From an uncultured Gammaproteobacteria bacterium (GTDB taxonomy: Bacteria; Patescibacteriota; Microgenomatia; Levybacterales; UBA12049), in assembly GCA_964507055.1 (NCBI GenBank), contig CAZDOJ010000003.1, positions 4,819 through 68,818 on the forward strand: a DNA stretch of 64,000 bases. Reading direction: 5' to 3'. The number at the start of each line of letters is the position of its first letter. Position 1 is the first letter of the stretch. Position numbers and translations under genes: made by a program. Shown one piece after another: positions 22,001 through 34,000 of the stretch. The notes below the pieces were generated by a model. That model worked only from the letters and a program-made list of their open reading frames with translations. It had not been told where the DNA came from and searched no databases.

Positions 22001-25000
22001 GTTCCCCAAGGTCAAAGACTGTCGAGCGGTTGTACCGAGAACGCCTGTCGCAGTGAGTGATGCTCCACCAGCTGATCCTGCTGAGACTGATGCCGTTGGT
22101 GTACCTGAATTAACATTCAAGATTGCAAACTTTGCGGATGATGATGATGTGCCTCCAATGAGAAGATCGACAGTACTGTTTACTGGAGCCAATGTGCCTT
22201 GGTTAAGATTCCAGAAGTTTTGTACTCCACCACTTTCATCAGTTCCACAAGAGAGTACTCCATTTGCATCAGTATCAATCGTGTTACAGTTTGCCAAACC
22301 GGTAATTCGTGCTCCACCAACTACATGTAAATTAGTAGTAGGATCAAGCGTTCCGATACCCAAATTGCCACCATTTTCGAATACAAATTGTTGCGTACCT
22401 GATCCTCCAGTTCGGATAGCCAAACCACCTCCAAAACCTTCAATACGAGCATCGAAATCTTCAGCTGTTGAGGTCTTAAAGTCAATAAAGGCATCATCCG
22501 ATGTACGAGCAAGTTCAATACTTCCGGTATCTGTTAATAATGACTGTTGCGTACCGTTCAGTGCTTCAATATTTCCAGCAACTGTAAGGCGGTTAGTTGG
22601 AGTTGCTGTGCCGATACCTACAAAGTTATTGCCATCACTGTTCAACACGATATTGCCTGTTGTATTACCACCAAGGCTCAATGTTTGATTGACAGTGGTC
22701 TGTAATGCACCTGCTGCAGTTAAGTATGCCGCTCCAGCTGATCCAGCTGATACTGATGCTGTTGGGGTTCCTGAGTTGACGTTAAGGACTGCGAACTTTG
22801 CTGAATTACTTGCTTGTCCTCCGATCAAGAGATCAAGAGTATTGTTCACTGGTGAGAGTGATCCGTTTGCCAAGTTCCAGTAATTTGTTCCAAGAGCTGC
22901 CGCATTGGACCATGTCGGATTTTGTCCTGCTCCATTGGTAGTCAAAACATATCCTGCAGTTCCAGGAGCCAAAGCACTCATTACACCCGTAGCTGAGAAG
23001 TATGGAACTGCACCTTGATTAGCCGCTGAAAGATTTGCTCCAGTACCACCATTTGCGGAGCCAAGAACACCCGTAATATCAGCTGTAAGAGAAACTGCTC
23101 CCCATGATGGAGTCGTTCCTGAATGCAAAAGCTGTGTACTTGTACCAGCAGCCAATCGTACCCAATCAGTGCCGTTGTAGTACATCAAATCTCCTGTCGC
23201 ATCTGATCCAAGTGCAATGTCAGTTCCATCGACTGAGTTATCTGCAATTACTGTTGCGAATGATCCTGTACCTGATCCAGTAACATCACCTGTAAGGGTA
23301 ATTGTCTGGTCACCGGTATTGGTACCTGAAGTTGTTCCAGAGATGTTTGAACCAGTAACTGCACCATTACATGCAAATGCCCCAGTAGAGTTGGTAACTG
23401 TACAGCCAGTGCCACCGAAACCACCACCAAGGAGAACATTTCCTGTACCAGTGCCGTTCAATCGAAGCTCTCCAGTGCCTTTAGCATCGATAGCAAATGG
23501 AATATTAGAATCACCACCGGTTGCTGCAAGTGTGACCGTGCCGCCAGCAGCTGCATTGGTTAAAGTTAACTCATTAATAGCTGAAGCTGTTGTACCGAAG
23601 ATCAATTGCTCGTTACCATTTGCATCAGCGATGAAACCACCATTTACAAATCGTGGAGCTGTAAGTGTCTTGCCACTCAAGGTTTCAGTTCCAGCCAAGG
23701 TTGCAAGTGTTCCAGTTGTTGGCAAGGTGACGTTGGTTGCACCTGTTGTGGTTAAGGTCAATGCATTCGCCCCTGAGGTTGAGAAATTACCAGCCAACGC
23801 AAGTGTCCCCGTTGTCCAAGTTGGAGCACCTGTACCACCAGAGAGCAAAGCTTGCCCAGCTGTACCTTGAGCTGAAGCCGCAACTGGACTTGTTCCATTT
23901 CCATAGAGTACGCCACCTTGAGTCAATGTAGTTGCACCAGTACCACCGTTACCAACTGGGAGTGTTCCTGTCACATCAGCCGTTGCCAAACCAATTGCTG
24001 AGCTCGAGAGTACACCTGATGCATTTGTCTTTACAACACCAGCGGTAAATCCATTCAAGACAATATTTCCTGTGGTACTGTTCCCCAAAGTCAATGATTG
24101 ACGTGCTGTTGTACCAAGTACACCATCTGCAGTAAGTGACGCTCCACCAGCTGATCCTGCGGAGACTGATGCCGTTGGTGTACCTGAATTAACATTCAAG
24201 ATTGCAAACTTCGCTGAGGCTGAAGATTGACCACCCACGAGCAAATCAACAGTTGAATTCATAGCAGAGAGTGCTCCATTATTTTGATTCCAGTAATTAG
24301 CCAAAGATCCAGTACATGAACCCCAAGTTGGTGCTCCACCTGCATTGGATTGGAGACATTGGCCGGATGTTCCTTGTGCTGTTTGGGCTACGACTCCTGA
24401 TCCGTTGGTGTAAAGCAAACCGCCATCAGTTGTGAAGCTTCCAAAAGTAACTGTGCCTGTTGTGCCGAGATTCGCAACGCCAGTTATATTCTGGCTATTT
24501 CCGGTGATTGCACCTGTTAATGTGGTTGCACCCAATCGGAGTACCCCTGAAGATGCTGAGATGTCATGATTTCCTGTACCTGAGAATGCTAGACCAGCTC
24601 CGTTACCTGAAGCAGTAAATCCGGTTGTTCCAGTGGAAGTGATATTGCCTCCAGAGATTGCATCTGTACCTGTATCTATTGAACCAAAGCCCGAGGTAAT
24701 TGAACCTGCGTTCAATGCTCCGACGGTTGTAAGTGATGAGGTAACGACACTTGATCCAAGTGTTGTTGCATTCAAAACTGATGCTCCATTAATCTGGAAT
24801 TCTTTGCCACTTGCCAAGTTCAAACTTCCAGTCAAGTTGACAATTCCTGCACCAGCCAAAGGTGAGAGTGTAATGTTGCCAGTCGTATTGCCACCAATGG
24901 TAAGTGTTTGATTCGCTGTTGTCTGCAATGTACCTGCTGCAGTCAAGTATGCTGCACCTGCTGATCCTGCTGATACTGATGCCGTTGGTGTTCCAGTATT

Positions 25001-28000
25001 AACATTAAGTACTGCAAACTTTGCAGAGTTACTTGCTTGTCCTCCAACTAAGAAGTCAACGGTTGAATTCATTGGGGTGATAACACCATTTGCTTGGTTC
25101 CAGTAATTAGCTAAACCGCCAGTACAATTACCCCAAGTTGGTGCACCACCGCCATTGGACATCAAACATTGTCCCCCAGTTCCTGCAGCTGTTTGTGCGA
25201 CAACACCTGAGCCGTTGGTGTATAAGAGTCCGCCATCAGTTGTAAGACCACCAAAGGTGATTGAACCGGATGCTGCAAGATTTGCTAAGCCTGTGAGGTT
25301 TTGTCCATTACCGGTAATTGCTCCAGTTAATGTTGTTGCACCCAATCGGAGTACGCCACCTGAGGCGGAAATGTCATGATTTCCTGTACCTGAGAATGTT
25401 AATCCAGCACCATTTCCTGAACCTGTAAATCCTGTTGTGCCAGTTGCTGTGATGTTACCTCCGGAGATATTATCTGCACCTGTATCGATTGCACCAAAGC
25501 CTGAAGTGATCGAACCTGCATTCAAAGCACCGACGCTTGTCAGAGATGAATTGATGATACCCGAACCAAGCGTATTACTACTCAAAACACTTGTGCCACC
25601 AATCATATATGCACCACCAACGATATTCAAATCGCCATTACTACTTAACGTCAATCGTGTCGTACCAGAAGATGATGCTGTGAAGATATCACCTGTTCCC
25701 TGCTTGTTGACGATCAATGCGGAGTTACCACCAGCATTTGGAGCAACAACGACGCCACCTGTGCCAGCGTTGGTTCCAAGTGTCAGATTAAATCCACCCA
25801 ATGCTATCTGTGTTGCAGCATCAAGACTCAAACTGTCAGCAAGTTCTGTGAAGTTGATGACATCATCAGCGATTGAAACATTTGCTTCATTTGCAGGTGA
25901 AGCTGTTACTAAGAAGTCTGTTCCGAAATCAATCGTATCAACATCAGTACCGACACCACTATCGTTATTCTCAACATTTACGACACCTGCTGGTCCACCA
26001 GTACCGCCAGCATCAGATCCACACGCCCAGACTTTTGTTGTATCATTCCATTTAAGAATCTGTCCGTCATTACAACCTCGAAGGATCGACAAACCGTTTG
26101 CAGTACTGAACTCCAAGCCTGAATTGGAGGAAGTATTGACTGTATCTCCAGAAGAAGTCAATGCAATTGTAGCCACACCAGTATTGCTCAATGTTATGCC
26201 TCCTGAAATTGATGTAAAGGTTGGGACGCCTGAACCGTTACCCAAAAGGACTTGACCACCAGTTGGAGCTGATGTTACAGATAAGGCACTTCCTCCATTT
26301 CCATAAACAACGCCATTGGTTGTAAAGCTTGTTTGACCTGTACCACCATTTGCAACAGGTAATGTTCCGGTCACATCAGCTGTTGCCAAACCGATTGCTG
26401 AACTTGAAAGTACACCTGATGCATTTGTTTTAACGATGCCAGCTCCAAATCCGTTCAAGACAACATTACCGGTTGTACTATTACCAATAGTTAAGGATTG
26501 TCTGTCAGTTGTGCCGATTGTTCCATTTGCTGCAAGTGAAATACCACCCGTAGATCCTGCAGAAACGGATGCTATTGGTGTGCCTGAATTGACATTTAAG
26601 ACTGCAAACTTCGCAGAATTGGATGCTTGTCCACCAATCAAGAAGTCAACAGTTGAGTTCACTGGAGTTAACACGCCATTTGCCTGATTCCAATAGTTTG
26701 CGAGGCCACCCGCACATGAACCCCATGTTGGTGCACCACCACCATTAGAAATGAGACATTGGCCTGAGCCACCCGCTGTCGTCTGAGCTACAACGCCTGA
26801 TCCATCTGTATATAAGAGTCCACCATTATTGGTAAAGTTAGCAAAGGTAATCGAACCTGATGAAGACAAACCAGTCAATCCGGTCAATGTACCGGTCGCT
26901 GTCATATTTCCATTACTTGCAAGAGTAAATCGTGTGGTCCCAGCTGCACTTGCAGTAAAGATGTCACCTGTTCCCTGCTTGTTGATGATCAAAGCTGAAT
27001 TGCCTCCAGCATTTGGGGCAACGACGATACCACCTATACCAGAGTTCGTACCCAAAGTTAAATCAAAGTTCGATAATGCAATGCTTGTCGCTGCATCCAA
27101 TGTCAGCGAGTCTGCAATTTCAGTGAAATTGATGATGTCGTCCGCAATTGAAACATTTGCCTCTGTTGATGGTGAAGCTGTTACTAAGAAGTCAGAACTA
27201 AAGTCAATCGTGTCGACACTACTCCCAACAGGTGAATCATTGTTCTGGATATTCACAATACCAGCACCACCTCCGCCACCAGCATCACTTCCACAAATTA
27301 AATTACCACTTGCATCAGTATCGATGGAATCACAGTTAGCCAATCCATTAATTCGGACATTTCCACTACCGTTCAATGGATTCAAAACGATATTCCCCGT
27401 GGTATTACCTCCGAGAGTTAAGGTGTTGTTGTTTGTTGTCTGAATTACACCAAGTCCATTGAATGTCAAATTGCCTGAAGTAGTAGCATTTCCTGTACCA
27501 GAGAATACTTGGAACTTCGCTGAAGCAGTACTTGTCCCGCCAATCAACAAATCATCCGTAATACTTAATGGAGAAAGAGCTCCAGCAATTCTCTGCCAGT
27601 AATTTGTTCCTACACTTGCGGCATCAGTCCAACTTGGTGCTCCTGAACCATTTGATATGAGAACTTGACCATTACTGCCAACGCCTGTGAATGCATATGA
27701 TGAGCCATTTGAATAGGCAACTGAACCCGCAGATCCAACCGATGTTACACCTGTGCCACCATTACCTACAGCTAATGTTCCGGTAACATCACCTGAAGCC
27801 AAATCAATTGCACTTGATGAAAGGACACCTGAGCCATTGCTCTTGACGATTCCTGTAGAAAGTCCACTAAAGGTGATTGTCCCAGCGGCAGACAAATTAT
27901 TCAATCCAGTAATGTTTTGAGAATTACCTGTTATTGCACCAATCAATGTTGTCGCACCCAATTGTAATGTTCCTCCTGATGCTGTGATCGTATGATTACC

Positions 28001-31000
28001 TGTTCCAGAGAATGTTAAATCAGCATCATTTCCTGAAGCTGTAAATCCAGTTGCTCCAGAAGCAGTAATATCAGTACCTTGGATCGTACTACTTGTAAAG
28101 ATACTGCCAAAACCATTTGCGATTGATCCTGAAGCCAAAGCACCTACACTTGTCAAAGATGAATTGACGACACCAGCACCAAGTGTTGAGCCGGTGAGAA
28201 CACTTGTTCCATTGATCTGGAATTCTTTACCGGATGCCAAGTTAAGATGGCCTGTGGAAGTAACTGTACCAGCACCAGCCAATGGAGCAAGCAGGATATT
28301 TCCTGTGGTGTTGCCTCCGATTGTAAGTGTTTGATTATTCGTTGTCTGCAATGTACCTGCAGCTGTTAGATATGTTGCTCCGGTTGCACCAGCTGATACA
28401 GATGCTGTTGGTGTTCCCGAATTGACATTTAAGACTGCAAACTTTGCAGAATTACTTGCTGATCCTCCAATAAGGAAATCAACTGTCGAATTCATTGGAG
28501 AAAGTGCACCATTTGCTTGGTTCCAGTAATTGATAGAACCTGCAGCACATGATCCCCAAACCGGTGCTCCTCCGCCATTGGATTGGAGACATTGACCAGC
28601 TGTGCCTTGAGCTGTTTGTGCCACGACTCCTGATCCGTTGGTGTAAAGCAAACCTCCATCGGTTGTAAATCCTCCAAAGGTGACAGTTCCTGAAGCTGAA
28701 AGATTGCCCAAACCTGTGATATTTTGTCCGTTGCCGGTAATAGCTCCAGTAAGTGTTGCGGCACCAAGTTGGAGTGTGCCTGCTGAAGCTGAGATCAAGT
28801 GGTTACCAGTTCCTGAGAACAAGAGGTCCGCGTCATTGCCTGTAACAGCCAAACCGGTTGTTCCTGTAGAAGTAATATCTCCACCAGAAATAGCATCAGC
28901 TCCTGTATCGATTGCACCGAAACCTGAAGTAATTGAACCTGCATTCAATGCCCCAACTGTTGTCAAAGATGAATTTGTAACACCTGATCCGAGAGTGTTA
29001 CTACTTAAGACAGTTGTTCCACCAATTTGATAATTACCACCAGTAATATTCAAGTCGCCTGAGTTACTCAAGGTCAATCGAGTTGTACCTGATGCTGAAG
29101 CCGTGAAGATATCACCTGTCCCTTGCTTGTTGACGATCAATGCGGAATTACCTCCAGCGTTTGGTGAAACAACGACACCACCAGTTCCAGCATTTGTTCC
29201 AAGAGTTAAATTAAAGTTGGAAGTTGCGATACTTGTCGCTGCATCCAATGTCATGTTGTCGATGAACTCAGAGAAGTCCAAAATATCATCAGCGATTGAG
29301 ACATTTGCTTCATTGGATGGAGATGCTGTCACTGTGAAATCTGTACTGAAATCAACTGTATCTACGTTTGAACCGACTCCAATATCATTATTCTGGACAT
29401 TAATAGTACCTGCAGATCCAGATCCACCAGCATCGGTCGCACAAACCCAAGCCTTTGTTGAATCATTCCACTTAAGAATTTCATCATTTGCACAACCTCG
29501 AAGCAATGATAATCCATCAGTTGTATTGAACTCCAAACCAGAATTGGAACTTGTATTGGCTGTATCTCCAGATGAAGATAACGCAATTGTTGCAACTCCG
29601 GTATTACTAATGGTTACTCCACCTGAAATTGTCGTGAATGTTGGAACTCCAGAACCATTGCCCAAAAGCACTTGACCACCAGTTGGTGCGGAAGTTACAG
29701 ACAAAGCACTTGCACCATTGCCGTAGACAACACCATTGGTAGTAAAGCTTGTCTGTCCTGTACCACCGTTGCCAACTGGTAATGTACTCGTCACATCACC
29801 AGAACTCAAGTCAACTGCACTCGATGAAAGCACTCCAGATCCATTGCTCTTGACGATTCCTGTAGAAAGTCCACCAAATGTGATCGTTCCGGCAGCTGAT
29901 AAGTTGTTCAAACCAGTGATACTCTGGCTATTTCCAGTGATTGCACCAGTTAATGTGGCTGCACCGATTTGGAGTGTTCCAGATGATGCACTTACGATAT
30001 GATTACCCGAGCCTGAGAAGGTTAATCCTGCTCCAGTACCAGTCGCTGTAAATCCTGTAGTTCCAGATGCTGTAATATCTGATCCTTGAATCGTGCTTCC
30101 AGTTAAAATACTACCGAAGCCACTTGCGATTGAACCGGACGTCAATGCACCAACACTTGTCAAAGATGAATTGATAACACTTGAACCAAGCGTTGAAGCA
30201 CTCAAGATACTGACGCCATTGATCTGGAATTCATTTCCAGTTGTGAGATTCAAGTTGTCGTTCACTGTAAGTGTATTCTGTGATAGATCCGAAAGTTGGC
30301 CTTCGATTGCAAGATTTCCGTTTCGGCTAAGAACAAATTGTGTTGTTCCCGACGCTGAAGCCGTGATGATGTCTTGATTTCCGGTTTCATCGAAGACAGC
30401 CAATGCTTTTCCTGCTGCTGCACCAGAAACTGTCAATTTACCTGTTGGTGTATCTGTACCAATTCCGAGTTTTTTGGTGAGAGCATCCCATGAGAATCCT
30501 GAAGTTTCAGATGATAATGATCCTGTCCCATCGAAGAATGCAATTTGTCCCGCAGTACCTGATCCAACCAAGCCTCCACCTGATCCTGCACAATTACCAG
30601 AATCAAGACAAATCTCGCCGCTTTCATCAGGCAATGTATATGTTCGAGGTGCTGTAAGGTTTGCGATGGTTAACTGACCACGTCCATCTGTATCATAAAA
30701 GTACAAAGACGTTCCTTGTGTACCACCAGCAGTGAACGCTGCACCTGAGATGACATCACCAATCGCAGTGATGTCTCCTGCACCACCAACTGATGTCACA
30801 TTCTTCCAACTTAATCCGCCAGTACTATTAGTAGTCAAAACATAATCGCTCGAACCATCAGAACCTGGCCATGTGTATGTAACACCATTGAATTGTGTTG
30901 TTCCAATATTTACCAAATTACCATTTGTATCTACTCTTTGTGTTCCACTACCTGCTCCCGTGTTAAGACCTGTCGTTCCATTTATAGTAGTACCAGTAAT

Positions 31001-34000
31001 AGTACTCGTTGTAGCGATTGTTCCAAAACCATTTGCGATCGATCCTCCGGTCAATGCACCAACATTTGTCAAAGATGAATTAACAACGCCTGTTCCAAGG
31101 GTTGTCGCGGTGAGAACATTTATTCCGTTAATCTGGTAGTTATTCCCTGACGCAAGATTCATAGTACCGTTAACTAATACTGTCCCTGCACCATTTAATG
31201 GTGAGAAGATTATATTGCCAGTACTATTGCCACCAACTGTTAAGGTTTGATTATTTGTGGTTTGGATGTTGCCAGCTGCATTGAATGTGAGTGAACCTGA
31301 GGTTGAAGCATTGCCTGTATTACCAAAGATTTGGAACTTGGCTGAAGCTGTACTCGTACCACCAATTGCAAGATCATCGGCAATATTAAGAGGAGCAAGA
31401 AGTCCTGCGTTTCTCTGCCAATAGTTGGTACCGAGACTTGAAGGACTTGCCCAAGTTGGAGCACCGGAACCATTGGAAATAAGTACTTCTCCATTACTAC
31501 CAACACCTGTGAATGCAAATGTCGAACCGTTGGAGTAAGCGACCCCACCAGCAGAACCGACTGAAGTGATACCTGTTCCTCCATTGCCAGTTGCCAATGT
31601 TCCAGTAATATCACCTGAAGCCAAATTAACTGCACTTGATGAAAGGACGCCTGAGCCATTGCTCTTGACGATTCCAGTGGAAAGCCCACCAAAGGTAATT
31701 GTTCCTGATGCAGAGAGATTATTAACTCCGACAATACTTTGACTGTTTCCGGTTAAGTCACCAGTTAAAGTAGCTGCTCCTATCTGAAGTGTCCCAGATG
31801 ATGCACTTATGCTATGATTTCCTGAGCCTGAGAAGGTCAGTCCAGCTCCGTTTCCTGTTGCCGTAAATCCTGTTGTACCGGATGCAGTAATATCACTTCC
31901 CTGAATTGTATTTGACGTAAAGATACTTCCGAAGCCATTTGCGATCGATCCTGAAGTCAAAGCTCCAACACTGGTCAAAGATGAATTGATAACTCCTGAG
32001 CCAAGCGTTGATGCACTTAAGACACTTGTACCATTGATTTGGAACATGTTGCCTGAAATCAAATTCAAACTATCATTTACTGTTAATGCATTCTGGGTAA
32101 GATCTGAAAGCATGCCTTCGATTGCTAAGTCACCATTGCGTGCTAAGCGTAGTTGTGTGATACCGGATGCTGAAGCTGAGAAGATATCTTGATTACCAAG
32201 TTCATCAAAAATTGCTAATGCCTTGCCTGCTGCTGCACCAGAAACGCTCAGCTTACCTGTTGGAGTGTCTGTGCCTATGCCAAGTTTCTTGTTAATTGCA
32301 TCCCAGGCAAAGCCAGAAGTCTCGGATGAAATTGTGCCTGTATCTGTGAAGAATGCTAATTGACCAGCCGTACCCGTACCAACAATTCCACCACCAGCTC
32401 CAGCACAGTTACCAGAATCAAGACAAATTTCACCTGATGCATCTGGCAATGTGTATGTTCGAGGTGAAGTGAGGTTTGCTATAGTAAGTTGTCCTCGCCC
32501 ATCTGTATCATAAAAGTACAAAGAGGTTCCTTGTGTGCCACCAGCAGTAAATGCCGCACCAGAGATCACGTCTCCAATGGCAGTAATATCTCCAACTCCA
32601 GGAAGCGTTGCTGGATCATTCCAAGTCAAATCTCCACTGCCATCAGTTGTGAGGACGTAGTTATTCGAACCTGCAGAACCCGGCCAGCTATAAGTAATGC
32701 CATTGAACTGGGTTGTTCCGATGTTGGTTAGATTTCCGGTAGTGTCAATTCGTTGTGTGCCAGCCCCAGCACCCGTATTTACACCGATTGTACCGTTAAG
32801 GGTTGTACCAGTAATCGTATTGTTGTTATTAATCGTGCCAAAACCCATTGTGATGGAGCCAGCACTCAATGCTCCAACTGAAGTCAAAGATGAATTTGTA
32901 ACGCCTGATCCTAGTGTTGTTTCGGTCAAAACATTTGAACCATTAATCTGGTAAGCCTTACCTGAAACAAGGTTGAGATTACCAGTCGAAGTTACCGTCC
33001 CATTCCCATTTTGAGGAGAAAGTGTAATATTTCCAGTTGTTCCACCACCAATCGTTAATCCTTGATTATTGGTACTTTGGATTACGCCTGCGGTATTGAA
33101 CGTAAATGTACCTGAAGTACTCGCATTACCTGAGATACCAAAGACTTGGAACTTCGCTGAGTTTGTGGCAACTCCACCAACGAGTAAATCATCTGAGATG
33201 TTTAATGGAGCAAGCGTACCTGCACCTCGTTGCCAATAGTTAAGTGTGCCCGAAGATATCCATGTAGGTGTTCCTGCACCAGAGACCGCAAGCACTTGTC
33301 CTTCCGTCCCTATTGGAAGTGCAGCTAATGTATTACCAGCTGAAGCATAAACCAAATCACCTGTATTGAATGAGTTTAAGCCAGTACCGCCATTCGTCAC
33401 AGGAAGAACACCTGTTACATATGAAGTTCCTCCCGCAAGATTGAGTGCAGAACTTGAGAGGAGACCTGAGCCATTACTTTGAACTACACCAGTTCCAAGA
33501 GCACCAAATGTGACTGTGCCAGAAGCAGAAAGATTATTGAAACCTGTCGCGTTCTGACCATTTCCAGTCAAAGCCCCAGTCAAAGTAACTGCTCCCAATC
33601 GAAGGACACCCGATGACGCAGTCACATCATGATTACCTGTGCCTGAGAAGTTCAATCCGGCACCGTTACCTGTTGAAATAAAGCCAACTGAACCAGTGGA
33701 AGTAATATCCCCACCACTAATTGCATCGGCTCCAACATCAATATTCCCAAATCCAGAAGTGATAGAACCTGAATTAAGAGCACCAACTGAAGTAAGAGAT
33801 GAACTCACAACGCCAGAACCCAAACTAGTACTTGTGAGGACAGGCGTTCCACCAATCTGATAGGAACCACCGATGATGTTGAGATCTCCACTGCTATTGA
33901 GGGTAAGTCTTGTCGTCCCCGACGCGGATGCAGTCAAAATATTCTGACCAGATCCAGTGTAATTAAAGACAGCAAGAGCCTTACCTGCAGGACCCCCAGA

